From the NCBI GenBank assembly GCA_030704615.1, contig CM060731.1, forward strand, positions 86,366,001 through 86,430,000: a stretch of 64,000 nt of DNA, in the 5' to 3' direction. Each line of letters begins with the position of its first letter. Position 1 is the first letter of the stretch. Below the pieces are notes generated by a model. It saw nothing but the letters and a program-made list of their open reading frames with translations. It was not told the DNA's origin and did no database searches. The stretch comes from Takakia lepidozioides (taxonomy: Eukaryota > Plantae > Bryophyta). This document shows positions 1-12,797 of the stretch, one piece after another. A program made the translations under genes and the position numbers.

Positions 1-289
1 TTAGGAATACCACTGGAGGAATTCATACCACTAGTACAATAATATATATGTGACTACTTATACCACTATACAAGTGGTAATGTAGGCAATTGTGTGCATT
101 TGGCTACTCCCACAGTTTTAAATTATACCACTATTACAGTGATGTGCAAGTGATTATGAACATGACTAGAGGAACACATACCACTATTGTAGTGAAAGAA
201 GTACCATTGGGGATTCAAGCTCCACAAAATAAAATAAAATCCCAGAGAGTAAGTGCTGGAACAATGTCAACAAAATCCAGCCATGATAA

Positions 290-720
290 AAGTCTAAGCC
301 TAATTTCTACACGGCGTCTCCGCATGCATGCTAGGAACACTGAACTGCTTTCCTACCTTCTTCTCATTGCCAGCAATGTCTACGCCCGGGCGAACGAAAT
401 TGTAAGCCCTCTTCATGTTCTTCTCTGGCCAGGGCTACCAGGCTCACATTTGATGTAGATGTATATCAGGGGAATGTTCAGAATGACATCTGGTGCAATT
501 CCAGCTTTGATAATGTCACCATGAACCTCTTTGCCCCTTCCCAGGGCTGCTAGGCTCCCATATGCATATTACAAACACAAATGAACATGACCTGGTCTTG
601 CTTCATCCCATCCCACATCATTTGCTCCTAGGTTTCCAAAGCCTTAATCCCATACCCATGCTGCACATACCTTGCAATCATGGCACTCCAAAAGACCACA
701 TCTCGTTCAGCCACCTCTCT
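290..720 (-). pseudogene. PLS-class PPR gene fragment (rearranged, frameshifted)
   Basis: Minus strand reads EVAERDVVFWSAMIARYVQHGYGIKALET followed by ALG.GKEVHGDIIKAGIAPDVILN-like text, the same repeat type as 42400-44860; stops and frameshifts present. Confidence 0.75.
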
Positions 721-1620
721 TGATCCACTTTCAGAAGTTGTGGTCATGGTTGAGGTGCCTGATTTTATCAACTGTGCCGCTGCAGCTGCTACCTTTAGTT
801 GACCATCTACCCATGCAGCAGGTTTTTTGTAGCTATTGATCCACATGGAATCATAGGTCATCTGGAGCTTGAAGTCCGGCCCTCTTGGATGAATCTGGAC
901 CCAGACTCTATCCCTGCTCCTTCAGCTATACATGCCGCTGCACAAATCATGCATACAGCCTTGCCTTGCTGCTAGCACCTGACAATGACAGCCTAGATTT
1001 GTTCTAGGGAACACCCAACTCAACTTATCACTATGGTCAATTGCATCTGCTACTCTCTGTAATCCAACAGGCATTCACCTTTTTGCCTCGATTGTCCCAC
1101 CATTGATTGGGGTCAGAAAAGAATTCATTCCACAGCTTCTCCTCGTCTCAGCTGTTACCTGTTTAGAACTGGATACTTCCCTGTTGTCACGTTGGCAGTA
1201 CCATGTCAAAGTCACTCCAAACTATCAAAGGTTCACTCAACCAACTAACTTGCAAAATTCAACATGAAAATTTAGGGCCAATTCTGATAAGAGGGAAAAA
1301 CAGGATGAAAATGTGTTGAAGAAGGTGCCTTCATTAGCAGTGCCCGATTATATCAATTGTGCCGCTGTTGTTGCGGCTTCCAGTTGACCATCTACCCATG
1401 CAGGTTTCTTGCAGCTATTGATCCACAGGGAATTATAAGTAATCGTGAGCTTGAAGTCCCGCCCTCTTGGATGAATCTGGACCGGCCAGACTCTACCCCT
1501 GCTCCCTCAGCTATCCAAGCTCTACACAAATCATGCATACATCCTTCCCTTGCTGCTAGCGGCTGACAATGACAGCCTACAATTATTCCAGCAAACACCC
1601 AACCCTACTCATCACCCATG
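720..1620 (-). repeat. Two copies of a PPR-associated N-terminal (possible targeting-peptide) module; inverted paralogue of ~41330-41960
   Basis: 720-1240 is close to the reverse complement of 41330-41830 (e.g. ATGACYTATGATTCCATGTGGATCAATAGCTAC); 1330-1620 is a more diverged second copy. Confidence 0.7.
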
Positions 1621-2290
1621 CAGAATTCAACATGCATCTCAGGGCCAAGTCTGATGAGAGGGCAAAACAGGCTGAAACGTGCCCTCACCACATTGTCTTT
1701 GACCCATGGAGGATTTGACCGACCATCAACCCAAAATGACCTCTTGTGCGTGTTGTTTGTCTGTAGTCAGGTAATGTCGGATTGGTTTGTGAGAACCACC
1801 ACGGCCAGCTGAGCAGAGAGAGATTGAAACACGGCTTGCTAAGACCTGCAAGCTGACTTTCCCAATAACCTTGTAAACATTAGGAAGAATACCAAATCAT
1901 GGTACTCACAGGTACAAAGAGCCCACCTTTGCAGGATGGACGAACTTCTTCACATCGTACATTAAGAAAAGCCACACCTGGTGATTGCGGTTGTCCCACC
2001 ATCGTGAAGGATCGGTATAAAACTCATGCAACCTCACATCACAAATGAGCTAACTTGCAGAATTCTACATGAAAATTTAGGGACTACTCTGGTAACAGGG
2101 AAAAACAGGGTGAAATGTGTTGAAGAATACACCTTCATGCCGCACGTTCAGCCACCTCCACATTGCCATGGATTCTGCAGGCACCAAGCAAGGCCTTCAT
2201 TTTGCAAACATGTCGACCTCTTTCCCCTTTTCCAGAGCTACCAGGTAGTGTTCAGAATGACATTAGGTACAATTCCAGCTTTGAACAAGG

Positions 2291-2880
2291 CACGGCCTGC
2301 TAAGACCAAGCTGACTCTCTCTCTTGCACCAACGAGCTAACTTACAGATTTCAATATGCATATCAGGCCCGAGTCTGAAAAGAGGGCAAAACAGGCTGAA
2401 ATAGGTTGAAGAAGAAGGTGCCCTCACGGCTTGCTAAGACCAACCTGACTCTCTCTCTAGCACCAACAAGCTAACTTACATAATTCAATATGCATATCAG
2501 GCCCGAGTCTGATAAGAGGGAAAAACAGGCTGAAATAGGTTGAAGAAGAAGGTGCCCTCACGGCCTGCTAAGACCAAACCTGACTCTCTCTCTTGCACCA
2601 ATGAGCTAACTTAACAGAATTCAATATGCATATTAGGCCTGAGTTTGATAAGAGGGCAAAACAAGCTGAAATAGGTTGAAGAAGAAGGTGCCCTCACGGC
2701 CTGCTAAGACCAAGCTGACTCTCTCTCTTGCACCAACGAGCTAACTTACAGAATTCAATATGCATATCAAGGCCGAGTCTGATAAGAGGGCAAAACAGGC
2801 TGAAATAAGTTGAATCAGGAAATGAAACAGCGGGCTGCTAAGACCAAGCTGATTCTCCCAAGAACCTTGTAAACATCAGG
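2291..2880. repeat. Tandem repeat, ~135-bp unit, ~4.3 copies
   Basis: Unit CACGGCCTGCTAAGACCAAGCTGACTCTCTC...GGTTGAAGAAGAAGGTGCCCT starts near 2291, 2425, 2559 and 2695, with a partial copy near 2830. Confidence 0.9.
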
Positions 2881-2967
2881 AAGAATACCGTACTAATAGG
2901 AGCCAAAAGCCCACATTTGCAGGATGGACAAACTTCTTCACATCCTACATTAAGGAAAAGCCACACT

Positions 2968-4126
2968 GTAGTGTGAAAAAGAATGGGCATGAAACCCTTC
3001 TGGTAAACTATAGTTAACTATTTCTTGAGCAGTGATCCATGGCCCTGCCCTATGACATCAACCTACTTGCTCTTTCTAAAATGACTCAGACCCTACTTAA
3101 TTCATTCTAAATCTATTTATGACCAGAGACTTTATACCCTTATCCACGCCGCAGTGGAAGAGAAGACATGGATAGGGCTGAGGTTATCTAAATTGTTATT
3201 GGGTCTCTTTAGTGAACAGATCATCATATATGCCAGGGTTCTTCTTCCCTACAGATGTCATCATTGGAAAATCACAGGGTGTACATTCTGATCCTTATAC
3301 AGATTCAGATCCTATCCACAGTGTAAGCATATCAGAGATACCCCACTGGCCCATACTTGGACTAGGTAAGTGATGCAGAAATATGTGTGCCACTTACTCT
3401 ACTGTAAACCAGAATGCAAAGGCCCTAGTTTCTACACATGAGCTCTCCTTTTCCTTCTTTATTAATACTACAGCTATCTAAGAAACAGATCCCCTTTGGC
3501 ATGACATTGCTACCCCTTCATATCCTGCCCATGGATTGTACACTGATGCATGGTGTTTTGACATCATTCACATCTACTTAAATGAAAATGCAAAACCCTA
3601 GCTTCTCTATTTCAGATTTCTCTTCTCTTTCCCTTTGCATGAAGAGGGCATGATATCACAGAGCCCCCACTTTTAACTCCTCTTTAAAACTGCATTTTAA
3701 CTATTTGAAAGACCCTTATGCCCCACTGATTGTAGATCTCAGTCTATGAATGTTCCTAAGCTGATTGATACAAGCAGTAGGGAACAAATGCATGCCACCT
3801 GATATCTTCTTTCAGAAAAGCTACAGCCTACCCCCATAGTAGGTACATTGCCCTCTTCATATGTCATTGGCATTCTTCCCCACTATCCTTCATTTGTGTC
3901 CTCCTTCCAACTAAGTTCAGCAGATGTTCAACAATCCTTTCACCATCTCTTCACACAAGACATCCCCTACTTTAATGATTGTACCGCTAGCATGAGCAAC
4001 ATCTAAAGGCAGTACACCAGCAACACTTCACCAGTAGAGACACCCATTCCATAGCACTCAAGCACTTTCATGACCTCCTACTGTAATTCAAAATGTTGTT
4101 CCTTCTCCCATGAGTATCAAACCCCG
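2968..4126 (-). mobile_element. Degenerate insertion, possibly a LINE (L1) ORF1 remnant
   Basis: Interrupts the unit GCCACACC...GCGGTTGTCCCACC that is intact at ~1970-2005; minus strand near 2990-3140 gives GIKSL..NRF...GPWITAQEIV...PEGF, reminiscent of L1 ORF1 (DUF4283). Weak. Confidence 0.3.
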
Positions 4127-4465
4127 CGATCGCGGTTGTCCCACCATTGTGCATGCCTTCATGCCCCAATTCTAGGGCTTGAGTCCCTGTCTGCTCCCTA
4201 TCCCACCAGCTCCGCTCGTCATTGTACATTGAGAAAAACCACACCTTGCGATCGCGGTTGTCCCATCATCGTGTACGCCTTCATGCCCCGATTCTAGGTC
4301 TTGAGTCCCTGTCTGCCCCCTATCCCACCAGCTTCGCTCGTCATTGTACATTGAGAAAAAGCCACACCTTGCGATCGCGGTTGTCCCACCATCATGCACA
4401 CCTTCATGCCCGATTCTAGGTCTTGAGTCCATGTCTGTCCCTATCCCACCAGCTCCGCTCGTCGT
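4127..4465. repeat. Tandem repeat, ~122-bp unit, ~2.8 copies
   Basis: GCGATCGCGGTTGTCCCA at 4127, 4249 and 4371. Confidence 0.9.
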
Positions 4466-5345
4466 CTCTCATGATCAGACTCGACACTATAAGAAAACAA
4501 ACATAGCTCTGTCATGTTTGTCTTTCACGATCAAACTCGACACAAAGAAAACAAATAGATGCCACAATGGCAGGGAAGACAAAAAAAACGCTAAGTCCCC
4601 TCACTCATGACTGGATGGATGAATGTAGCGATAGATGGATGGATTTTGGGTTTTCCATCAACACACAAACTTAAGTTTTTCACCACAGAAGTAATACCAA
4701 TCACTGGTGTGTATGTAATCACTAACACGTAACCACTCGCCGAGTGGTTCCAGTTACTAAATGGTCTATAACCACTCACTCTACACCACTCTCAAAGTGG
4801 TACCAATCAATGGGGGTTTTTAACCACTCTAGATCTACGTATACTGTCCCCGTCCACGTGGAATAATATAGTTCATAATTAAATATATTTTGAAATGATA
4901 AATCTTAAATAAAAATTGAATTATTACACGTGGAGTAGCAAGTGGTTTCAATCACCTCCCATCACTCAGGTGTCTTCAACCACTCACAACCCACCACAGA
5001 AGTAGTACCAATCATACACGTGTATGTAACCACTCACAAGTGCCCACTTGAAGAGTGGTTCCAGTTACAAAAGGGTCTTAACCACTCACATTCCACCACT
5101 GTGCAAGTGGTACCAATCACTGGGGGGTCTTTAACGGGGGCTGTTATTTCATGAGCGGCATGAGCATGAGCGGGAAAAAAAAAAGCATGAGCGGGCCATT
5201 GTGTGTCCACGGAAATAGGGTTAGGAGGCACGGAAATAGGGTCATGTGGACTCGTCATAGCAATGAAATGTAACATTTTATTGCAAATTTTGTGGCAAGC
5301 CACGTCTATACAAGTGTGTCCTAACTGACATAGCAGGAATGGGAA

Positions 5346-7463
5346 CTACTCTCCTACACCTTCCGAGGAACTTGGCCCTCCTTCTTCCTCATCCCCCTCA
5401 TCCCCCCCATCCTCTGAGCTCTGTGATGCATCGGTTGCACTATGCCTCTCAAAAATTCCGTCCTCTCCTTGGGGGACTGTCCACCTCACCTCCTGGGAAT
5501 CTTCTGCCTCTTCTCCCCCACTTTCCTCAGCAGAATCCAAGACAAATCTACGAGCCCGACGGGCTCTAATATCTGCTGCCTCCTCCCTCATCTTCATTTT
5601 CTTGAGGCTTGCCTCGTCTAAAATCTGTTGTACACGACTAGGTTCGGAAGACCTCCTAATGGACACCGAAGCAAGCCGGGCAGCATAAGTAGGAAGGATG
5701 TAGTCCCTTTCTGGACTAGGCATGAAATCCCCCCTGGCAAAAAACGGCACGTTCCTCCTGCCCATGAACTCCGGTGTAGACGTCACTCCTGCAGTACTTG
5801 GCATCCTACAGTAAGAACAAATCCACTTCAAGAATGTCAATACCAGCAGAAGCAGAAAGGGTTTTCAATGAATAAGAGAGCGAAGGGAGGTGCCTCACAA
5901 AATCTGGAGGCAACTTACAATGCGACCACTCACTCGTAAACCGGGGGCTCCTCGGCCTCGATCCCAACTTGTTCCTCCCCCTGTTTCTTCTCGGATTCTT
6001 CCTCATCCTCCGAGGGTGCCTCTTCCTCTTTGGGCAGACGTTCAGCCGCTGCAAGTTCCGAGTTGTGGAGGGCAGTATTTGGCTCGAAGGCGAACACATG
6101 CCTGTCGGACAACGTCCCTGCCCACATTGAAGCACCTGAGGAACAAAGCGGGCGGTTAATAGCTTGCGGCATGCAATTGCAATCGGGCCGGGGGACAAAC
6201 TGAGCACGTGAAGGCTTACCCGTGCTGCATGTGAGGTCAAGAATCCGCCCTTGGACATCCGAGCACGTCTCCATGAGGGTTTGGATGAAAGCAAGGCTCC
6301 GGGTCCGGCTGTACCGCCACGGTTTGCCTGTCTTTGTGTCCTTCGGCATACTGGAGTGGGGCACATAGTTGTAGAGGACATCGTAGGTAACAGGGTCCAC
6401 AACGGCATCAACAAGACGACCGTCATTGCGGAATTTGAACGTAGACCCTCTCTTCACAAAGCAATATGCCTCAAACACCAATGTCTGCACATCCAACAAA
6501 AGAGGGATCAACTCCGGGATCTAGTTTAGATACACCACAATATGAGGTGAATGCAATAGATTGATAACTTACACTTTGGCCCTCTGTTCGCAACCCCTGT
6601 GTATTGATGCAGAACCATTTTCTGAGGAAGATCGGGGTGATACTTTTTGGTGTCCATCTTGCCACCGCATTCTCTGTGGTCTTCCCTCTTGTGGCAAGGA
6701 CAACCAGACATCCATCGTCATCCAGGAGCATCCCCGCCAGCCCAAACCCAACTTTCCAGTAGTCCTCAGTAAACCTGTTCCAGTTGGGCACACCATCCAG
6801 GCCCTCCAGCAGCTCCCTATCTGAAATGTCGAGGAGAATCGTATCGCAAGCTCTCTCCACCTCAACCCCCCCCCCCCGAGTGCTCTTGCAATCCGTGCTC
6901 ACAGCTGTGAAGAATTCCATCATGGCTTCAAAACCAGGGGTGTCTTTAGGCTCTGTACCGGCAGCCCTCTTCTTGGCTTTCCCCTTCTGCTCCGCCAGAG
7001 ACTTGCTGTGTGCCACCTTCTTCGCCCTGGCAGCGAGAGCGTCGAGGAAGCTCTCATTGACGAATTGGATGATGGTTGGAGGTTCTAGCTTTGACCTGTG
7101 CGTAAACGTCACCGCCGAATACCGCCGTGTAGGCTCGCCCTCAAATGCCAACTTCTTAGCAGAGCCAGTCCCACTCCGAACTGACTTGGGAACCCGGACG
7201 ACCGGTGACTTGGTAGCAGCAGCAGCAGTCGCAGGACCTTGAACAAAGTCGTCGTCCGAGTCACTCCCTTGGGTCCCCTCCTGCGCCTCCTCTGATACCC
7301 CGATGGTTTTCTGTTTTTTTGGTGTTACTGTACTCACCTGTTTCCTTGTCCTTTTCTTTTGGCCTTTATTCTTCTCATTCAATTTCTCCTGAATTCTTGC
7401 CTGAGCAAGCTCTGCCGCTTTCCTGGAGTTTGCAAGCGGTTCAAAACCGACGGCGGAGGACAT
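5346..7463 (-). CDS. MULE-1 accessory gene: beta-class N4C/N6A DNA methyltransferase-like protein (4 exons, no ParB domain in this copy)
   Basis: Spliced ORFs 7463-6573, ~6484-6220, ~6135-5935 and ~5805-5346; motif-IV-like CDTILLDISD, FGLAGMLLDDDGCLVV, RTRSLAFIQTLMETCSDVQGRILDLTCSTG-ASMWAG..DRHVFAFE; colinear paralogue of 27945-29996 with the same intron positions. Confidence 0.75.
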
Positions 7464-7489
7464 TTAATGCGCAACAACGTCAATCGCCC

Positions 7490-8245
7490 GCTGGATGGAA
7501 AAAATCGGCGCCGAATTTCCATCCAACGGATGAAGTATGACGCAACAAAGCCAACCCTCCGCCCGAGCCGTTCTCATCCAGGAGACGCCGGATGGAAATC
7601 CTGCGCCGCATTTCCATCCTGCAGGTAATTCCGAGCGCGGCCGGATGGAAAAACGGCACCGAATTTCCATCCTGCAGGTAATTCGAAGCGCGGCCGGATG
7701 GAAATCCGGCGCCGAATTTCCATCCTGCATTCCATTCGGAGCGCGTCCGGATGGAAATCTGGCGCCGAATTTCCATCCTGCAGGTAATTCGGAGCGCGTC
7801 CGGATGGAAATCCGGCGCCGAACTTCCATCCGGCAAGTAATTCGGAGCGCGGCCGGATGGAAATCCGGCGCTGAATTTCCATCCTGCAGGTAATTCGGTG
7901 CGCGGCCGGATGGAAAAACAGTGCCGAATTTCCATCCTGCAGGTAATTCGGAGCACGGCCGGATGGAAATCCGGCGCCAGATTTCCATCACACAGGTAAC
8001 TCGGAGCACGGCCGGATGGAAATCCGGCGCCGAATTTCCATCCTGCATTCCATTCGGAGCGCGTCCGGATGGAAATCCGGCGCCAAATTTCCATACTGCA
8101 GGTAATTCGGAGCGCGGCCGGATGGAAATCCGGCGCCGGATTTCCATCACACAGGTAACTCGGAGCGCAGCCGGATGGAAATTCAGCCCCGAATTTCCAT
8201 CCGCCAGGTAAGTCAAAGCGCGGAATTACCATCCTGCAGGTAATT
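7490..8245. repeat. Tandem array of a 53-bp unit containing the 30-bp palindrome GGATGGAAAT(C/T)CGGCGCCGAATTTCCATCC, 12 tandem copies plus one upstream
   Basis: GGATGGAAA starts at 7590, 7643, 7696, 7749, 7802, 7855, 7908, 7961, 8014, 8067, 8120 and 8173, plus 7493. Confidence 0.95.
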
Positions 8246-8369
8246 CTGAACAAGGCCGCTTGTTTATTTGGTCTTAAAAGACAAAACCTTATGTTTTAGA
8301 CATGGTTTTCAGGGAATTCTCGACTGGTTGAGAGAAATTCCTTGCTTCTTTTCCATCCCTCGTAGTTCC

Positions 8370-9170
8370 TAAATGGAAATTCGTTGCCGAAATTCCATCT
8401 GGCCGCGATTGCGATTAAATGCCGAATGGAAATTCGGCGCCGGTTTTCCATCCCCTCCGCCCGAGTCGACTTTATTCCGGCGCCCCCTGTTGGATATTCG
8501 GTGCCGAATTTCCGTCCGGGGGTTGTATTGTGACGGCCAGGTGCCGGCCTCTCCCCCCGAGCCGACTGCATCCGAACGGCCCCGGATGTAAATTAGGCGC
8601 CGTTTTTCCATCCGAGGAGGTTTTTATGTCGGCTACTTTTCGGCCTGACCCCCCGACACGACTTCCTTTGGGGGGGGCCCGGAGCGAAATTCGGCGCCGA
8701 ATTTCCATCCGGGGGATATTCTCTGTCGGACAGGTGCTGGCCTCTCCGCCCGAGGCGACTTCATCCGGGCGGCCCCTGTTGGATATTCGGTGCCAAATTC
8801 CTGTCTGGGGGTTGTAATGTGACGGCCATGTGCCGGCCTCTCCCCCCGAGCCGGCTGCATCCGAACGGCCCCGGATGTAAATTCGGCGCCGTTTTTCCAT
8901 CCGGGGAGGTTTTTATGTCGGCCACTTTTCGGCCTGACCCCCGACATGACTTCCTTTGGGGGGGCCCGGATGGAAATTCGGCGCTGAATTTCCATCCGGG
9001 GGATGTTCTCTGTCGGACAGGTGTTGGCCTCTCCGCCCTAGTCGACTTCATCCGGGCGGCCCCTGTTGGATATTAGGTGCCGAATTTCCATCCGGGGGTT
9101 GTAATGTGACGGCCCGGTGCCGGCCCGGTGCCGGCTTCTCCCCTTTAGCCGACATCATCCGGGCGGCCCC
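8370..9170. repeat. ~288-bp tandem units (about 2.5 copies), each with about 3 copies of the same palindrome
   Basis: CCCCTGTTGGATATT(C/A)GGTGCC recurs near 8485, 8773 and 9060. Confidence 0.85.
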
Positions 9171-9406
9171 CCACTTTCTGACTGCATACTGTTGGCAATT
9201 ATTGCGCAAAGACCAGGGGCCGCATTCCGGAGACAATGTTCATTAACACTCTGTCTGTGGATTTTTGAGATAGTTGGCTCCCTGGATTTGGATCAGGCTT
9301 CGTCGCTCGGACAAATCGGCACCGCATTCCTTCCCATCGGTGCATCCCCCTTCTACCAGGGAGCTTGCCCGCACGCCGTCCTGACAGTCTTGTGTGCACA
9401 TCTCCC

Positions 9407-10990
9407 ATGGCGGAAAACCCGAGCGCTACAGTGTACTGCCCTCCTCACGAGCATAGAGCTTCATTTCCGTGCAGAGGGGACATCTACCGTGTGATGGAGA
9501 AATATCTGTGCGTTCGATACCACCTGAAACCGGGGTCGGTTTTTTTGGAGGAGGAAAGGAAGGACTCAAACGGCGTTGTTGTCGAGAGTATTGTTGTGCT
9601 CCACGATGATTTCGGCGATGGCAAGGAATGGCGAGTTCCACCATCGGACAGCGTCATATACAGGGCGGTTGGGGACTTCATTTGCCCACCAAATGCACCT
9701 TCTATCCTGGCGCCTTCCACGAAACAATCCGCGAATCAGAGAGTGGGTACCTCAAAGAGAGAAGTCTGCAACGAAGTAAATCCAGAGCCCAACCCATCAA
9801 TGAAGACGAGCGAGAACCGGGTTGTTCACAACCTGTCCGACTCCGACGAGGTCATGGAAGTTCCGAGATCGTCCTGGAGATCAGGCAAGTCCTCAATGGA
9901 CGTCAGTGGACGAGGGAGTCATATTCCCAGCACAAGCACCGCAGTTCGATCCATTCTTGAAATTCTGCGAGGGCTTCACATGGATGGACACCGCTTGGAG
10001 CTGGCCGGGCTGGACTACAGCAAGTTCGCAATTAAATCGGTTACATGTCTTCCCGCAGACGTCAACAGTAATATCTTCTTTGTGTTCCCTCCTCGGACGG
10101 ACTACTCGAGGGCATCCGGAATGTTGACAGATATGGATAGAAAACATGACGGTCATCCTTGGTGCGTCACCAAAACCACCAGCATGAAGATGCTCGATGG
10201 TGTGCGGGTGCGCTACGTTGTTTGTGCAGACGCGTTGCGGTGTTTCTCCCCAACTTGCTTCCATTTTAAATCCAGAGGTCACAGGAACGAGACGGATTGG
10301 ACAGGCACAGCTCATCAACCATTTCGAGCTCAGGAGAAGGTTCCGAACTCCACATTTAAGTGTGCGCATTGCAAAGAACCACCACACTGCATGTCTGTTT
10401 GTAATGCCAAGCAGTTCTATGTGTTGCACCGTTTCCCTGACCTCTCCCGAGCTTGCATACACGTTGGTTCCCATTGTCACAAATTGGCGAGGGGGAACTC
10501 ACGGGAGGCTGCCCACGAGGCAGAGCAGCTCGTTCAGGAGGAGGTTAAGTTGAGACCGGGTGCCAAACCCAAACAGATACAGCTCCAAGCCGCCCATAAG
10601 ATGGCATTGGCCAGAATTATGTCGGAAGACGGCTCCAATAGAGTTCCTCTCGATGAGAAGGAAATGGAGGCATTGCTGGAGTCGGTGTCCCACGTCTGTT
10701 CACCGAATGACCGAAACCACATTGTGTCATGCAAATAGAAAATTGGGCGTGGCTTGGATATGCACTCCATTCTGAAGGTGAAGCGACGATGTGGATATGA
10801 CTACATTCATGGAAGTAGGTTTCCAGGACAAGGGACTGAGGTAGATCGTTGTTTCGTAATCAAAATGTCCACGTGTGGGCCTGGCAGCGACGTCGAACTG
10901 GTTGACAGGATGACGAATGGGGACTTGTCAAACAGTTGGGTCATGTTCGACCATGTCAAGTGAATTACAAATCACCAGTGGGTGACATGG
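9407..10990 (+). pseudogene. MULE-1 transposase, 3'-truncated, with in-frame stops
   Basis: ORF MAENPS...DRKHDGHPW...CAHC...CIHVGSHCH...WVMFDHVK*ITNHQWVT; stops TAG 10736 and TGA 10961 align with Q and R in the MULE-2 transposase; breaks off just after the first catalytic Asp. Confidence 0.85.
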
Positions 10991-11859
10991 CCCAGAACTG
11001 CCCAACATCTGTGCGATCCCCGGCACCATGTACCGAAATTCGGTGCCACATTTCCAAATTTTGGGCTTACACACCTGTCCTGAGGGGACCTATAGCCGCG
11101 GAATTCGGCACCATTTTTCGCCAGAGAGACCTATTACCGCGAAATACGTCGCGGTTCTTTCCGGTTACGGACCCTATTACCGCGAAATTCGGCGCCATTT
11201 TTGCACATGTCGCTGGGAATTGGCATGAGCGGAAGACGAAATATCATGAGCACAACTCTCAAAACTACAATTTTCCCTTCAAGGTGCCGAATAATATATT
11301 AGTTTTTTTTTCTGACACATTGCATTAAATTAATGTTTTATAATGTTTTTTATTTTCGAAATTTGTACTTCTGCTCATGAAAACCGATTGTCTTGCTACT
11401 CCGCTCATGCCGCTCATGCTCATGAAATAGCTAACCTCTCTTTAACCACTCCAGATCTACATATACTATCCTCGTCCACGTGGAATAATATATTTTGAAA
11501 TGATAAAAATCTTTAAGAAAAATTATTACACGTGGAGTAGAAAGTGGTTTCAACCACTTCCCATCATTGAGGTGTCTTTAACCACTCATAATTTATCACT
11601 GTACCCGTCCATGTCGGATATTATCATTATTAATATAAATATTTGACCAAATATTGAATAATAAATATAAAATTAAATATTACACGTGGATTACTCAGTG
11701 GTTGAAACCACTTCCAACCACTCCATATGATGCCACCGTGGCATTTCATCGGAAGTAACCACTGACCAGTGGTTACCATTACTTGGAGTGATTTATAGAG
11801 TGATAAAAGACAAGAGTGGTTAAGGGGGCCAGTGGTTATTCCGCGTTTTTCTTCTAGTG

Positions 11860-12797
11860 TTCCAATTAATCACCCCTGTAGACAGAACACCCGGGATGAC
11901 AGGTTGTGGGAAAGAGAAGTGGCATGTGCCCGAGCCCTTGGGCTTTCAAGGATGCCATGCCCATGTGAACGTTGTTTGGGCACTACAAGTAGATTTGAGG
12001 ACGGTATGCGCACACATCTCCTTCACCACAAAAGACATGAAGCATTTCGGGTGTGGATTGGAGATGGACCTGCAGACTCCGACGACGAGGAGTGGGCACA
12101 ATTGGACAATGCACACCCCCGGGGGAGCCATACAGACAGGCCAGACCAGGACTATGTCATGGGCGCAGGACATGAACCAGGCATGGACGAAGGGGTGGAG
12201 ATTACTCGAATGTTGCAGGAAGCATTCCACATCATGGACGATGATGAAGAGGGGGACGGCGCTGCGACAACTGGGAATGGTGATGACGCAGGAAATGAAG
12301 GCATTCAGGTGGGGGAAGGCGTGGAAGGAGGTGGAGATGGAGATGAGAATTTGACGCACATGACACTAGAAGAAGCATGTGTGTCACTGTATGAGGGATG
12401 CAAATCCACGAAGCTTGTTGCCACCATGTTGTTGATGAACCTGTGCACAACCCACGGTGTCTCAGACCATTTTGTGGATGAGTTGTTCTCTTTGTTTCGG
12501 CTGAACTTGCTTCCACAACCAAATGAAATGCCAAAAAGCTGTCACATGGCCAACAGAATGATTGGGAAGTTCGGCCTCAACTACGTGAAGATTTGTGCGA
12601 AGGTGTGGGATCCGAGGGACATTACATCGTTGCGTGAGGATGTGGCTATGACCCTTTGTTTGCTGGAGAAAGAATTCCCTCCATCATTCTTTGACGTCAT
12701 GACGCACTTGCTAGTGCATCTTTGTAGAGGAGCTGCATGTGTGTGGGCCCGTAGCCAACCGTTGGATGTACCCCATGGAGAGGTACATGAAGGATCT
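11860..12797 (+). pseudogene. CACTA TnpD/Tnp2 transposase remnant with in-frame internal deletion
   Basis: MPCPCERC...LNYVKI fused directly to CAKVWDP...EFPPSFFDVMTHL (DUF4218-type); the Transposase_21 core is missing relative to the full copy. Confidence 0.85.

Larger units (their letters stand above)
5136..11438 (+). mobile_element. Mutator-like DNA transposon MULE-1 (deletion derivative, 6303 bp)
   Basis: Ends GGGGGCTGTTATTTCATGAGC... and ...GCTCATGAAATAGCTAACCTC; 8-bp TSD TCTTTAAC (5128-5135 and 11439-11446); subterminal CATGAGC repeats; carries a MULE-type transposase. Confidence 0.92.
4580..11859. mobile_element. Non-autonomous CACTA-type element (family B), left end uncertain, interrupted by MULE-1
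   Basis: Right terminus ...GCGTTTTTCTTCTAGTG (reverse complement CACTAGAAGAAAAACGC) ends at 11859; dense ACCACT/AGTGGT subterminal motifs at 4680-5130 and 11440-11840; 4820-5000 is repeated at 11441-11590; the flanks of MULE-1 rejoin into that repeat. Confidence 0.65.

Noticed and set aside
4485-4500. CACTATAAGAAAA as the left TIR of CACTA-B
   Set aside because: Only a partial match to CACTAGAAGAAAAACGC, and the flanking triplets (CGA vs TTC) give no TSD
5128-5160. hAT classification because of the 8-bp TSD
   Set aside because: The transposase is homologous to the MULE-2 enzyme (D, D, CxxH, SWIM) and the sister element has a 9-bp TSD
7464-8253. 250- and 257-aa repetitive ORFs
   Set aside because: By-products of the GC-rich 53-bp palindromic array; similar peptides appear in all frames on both strands
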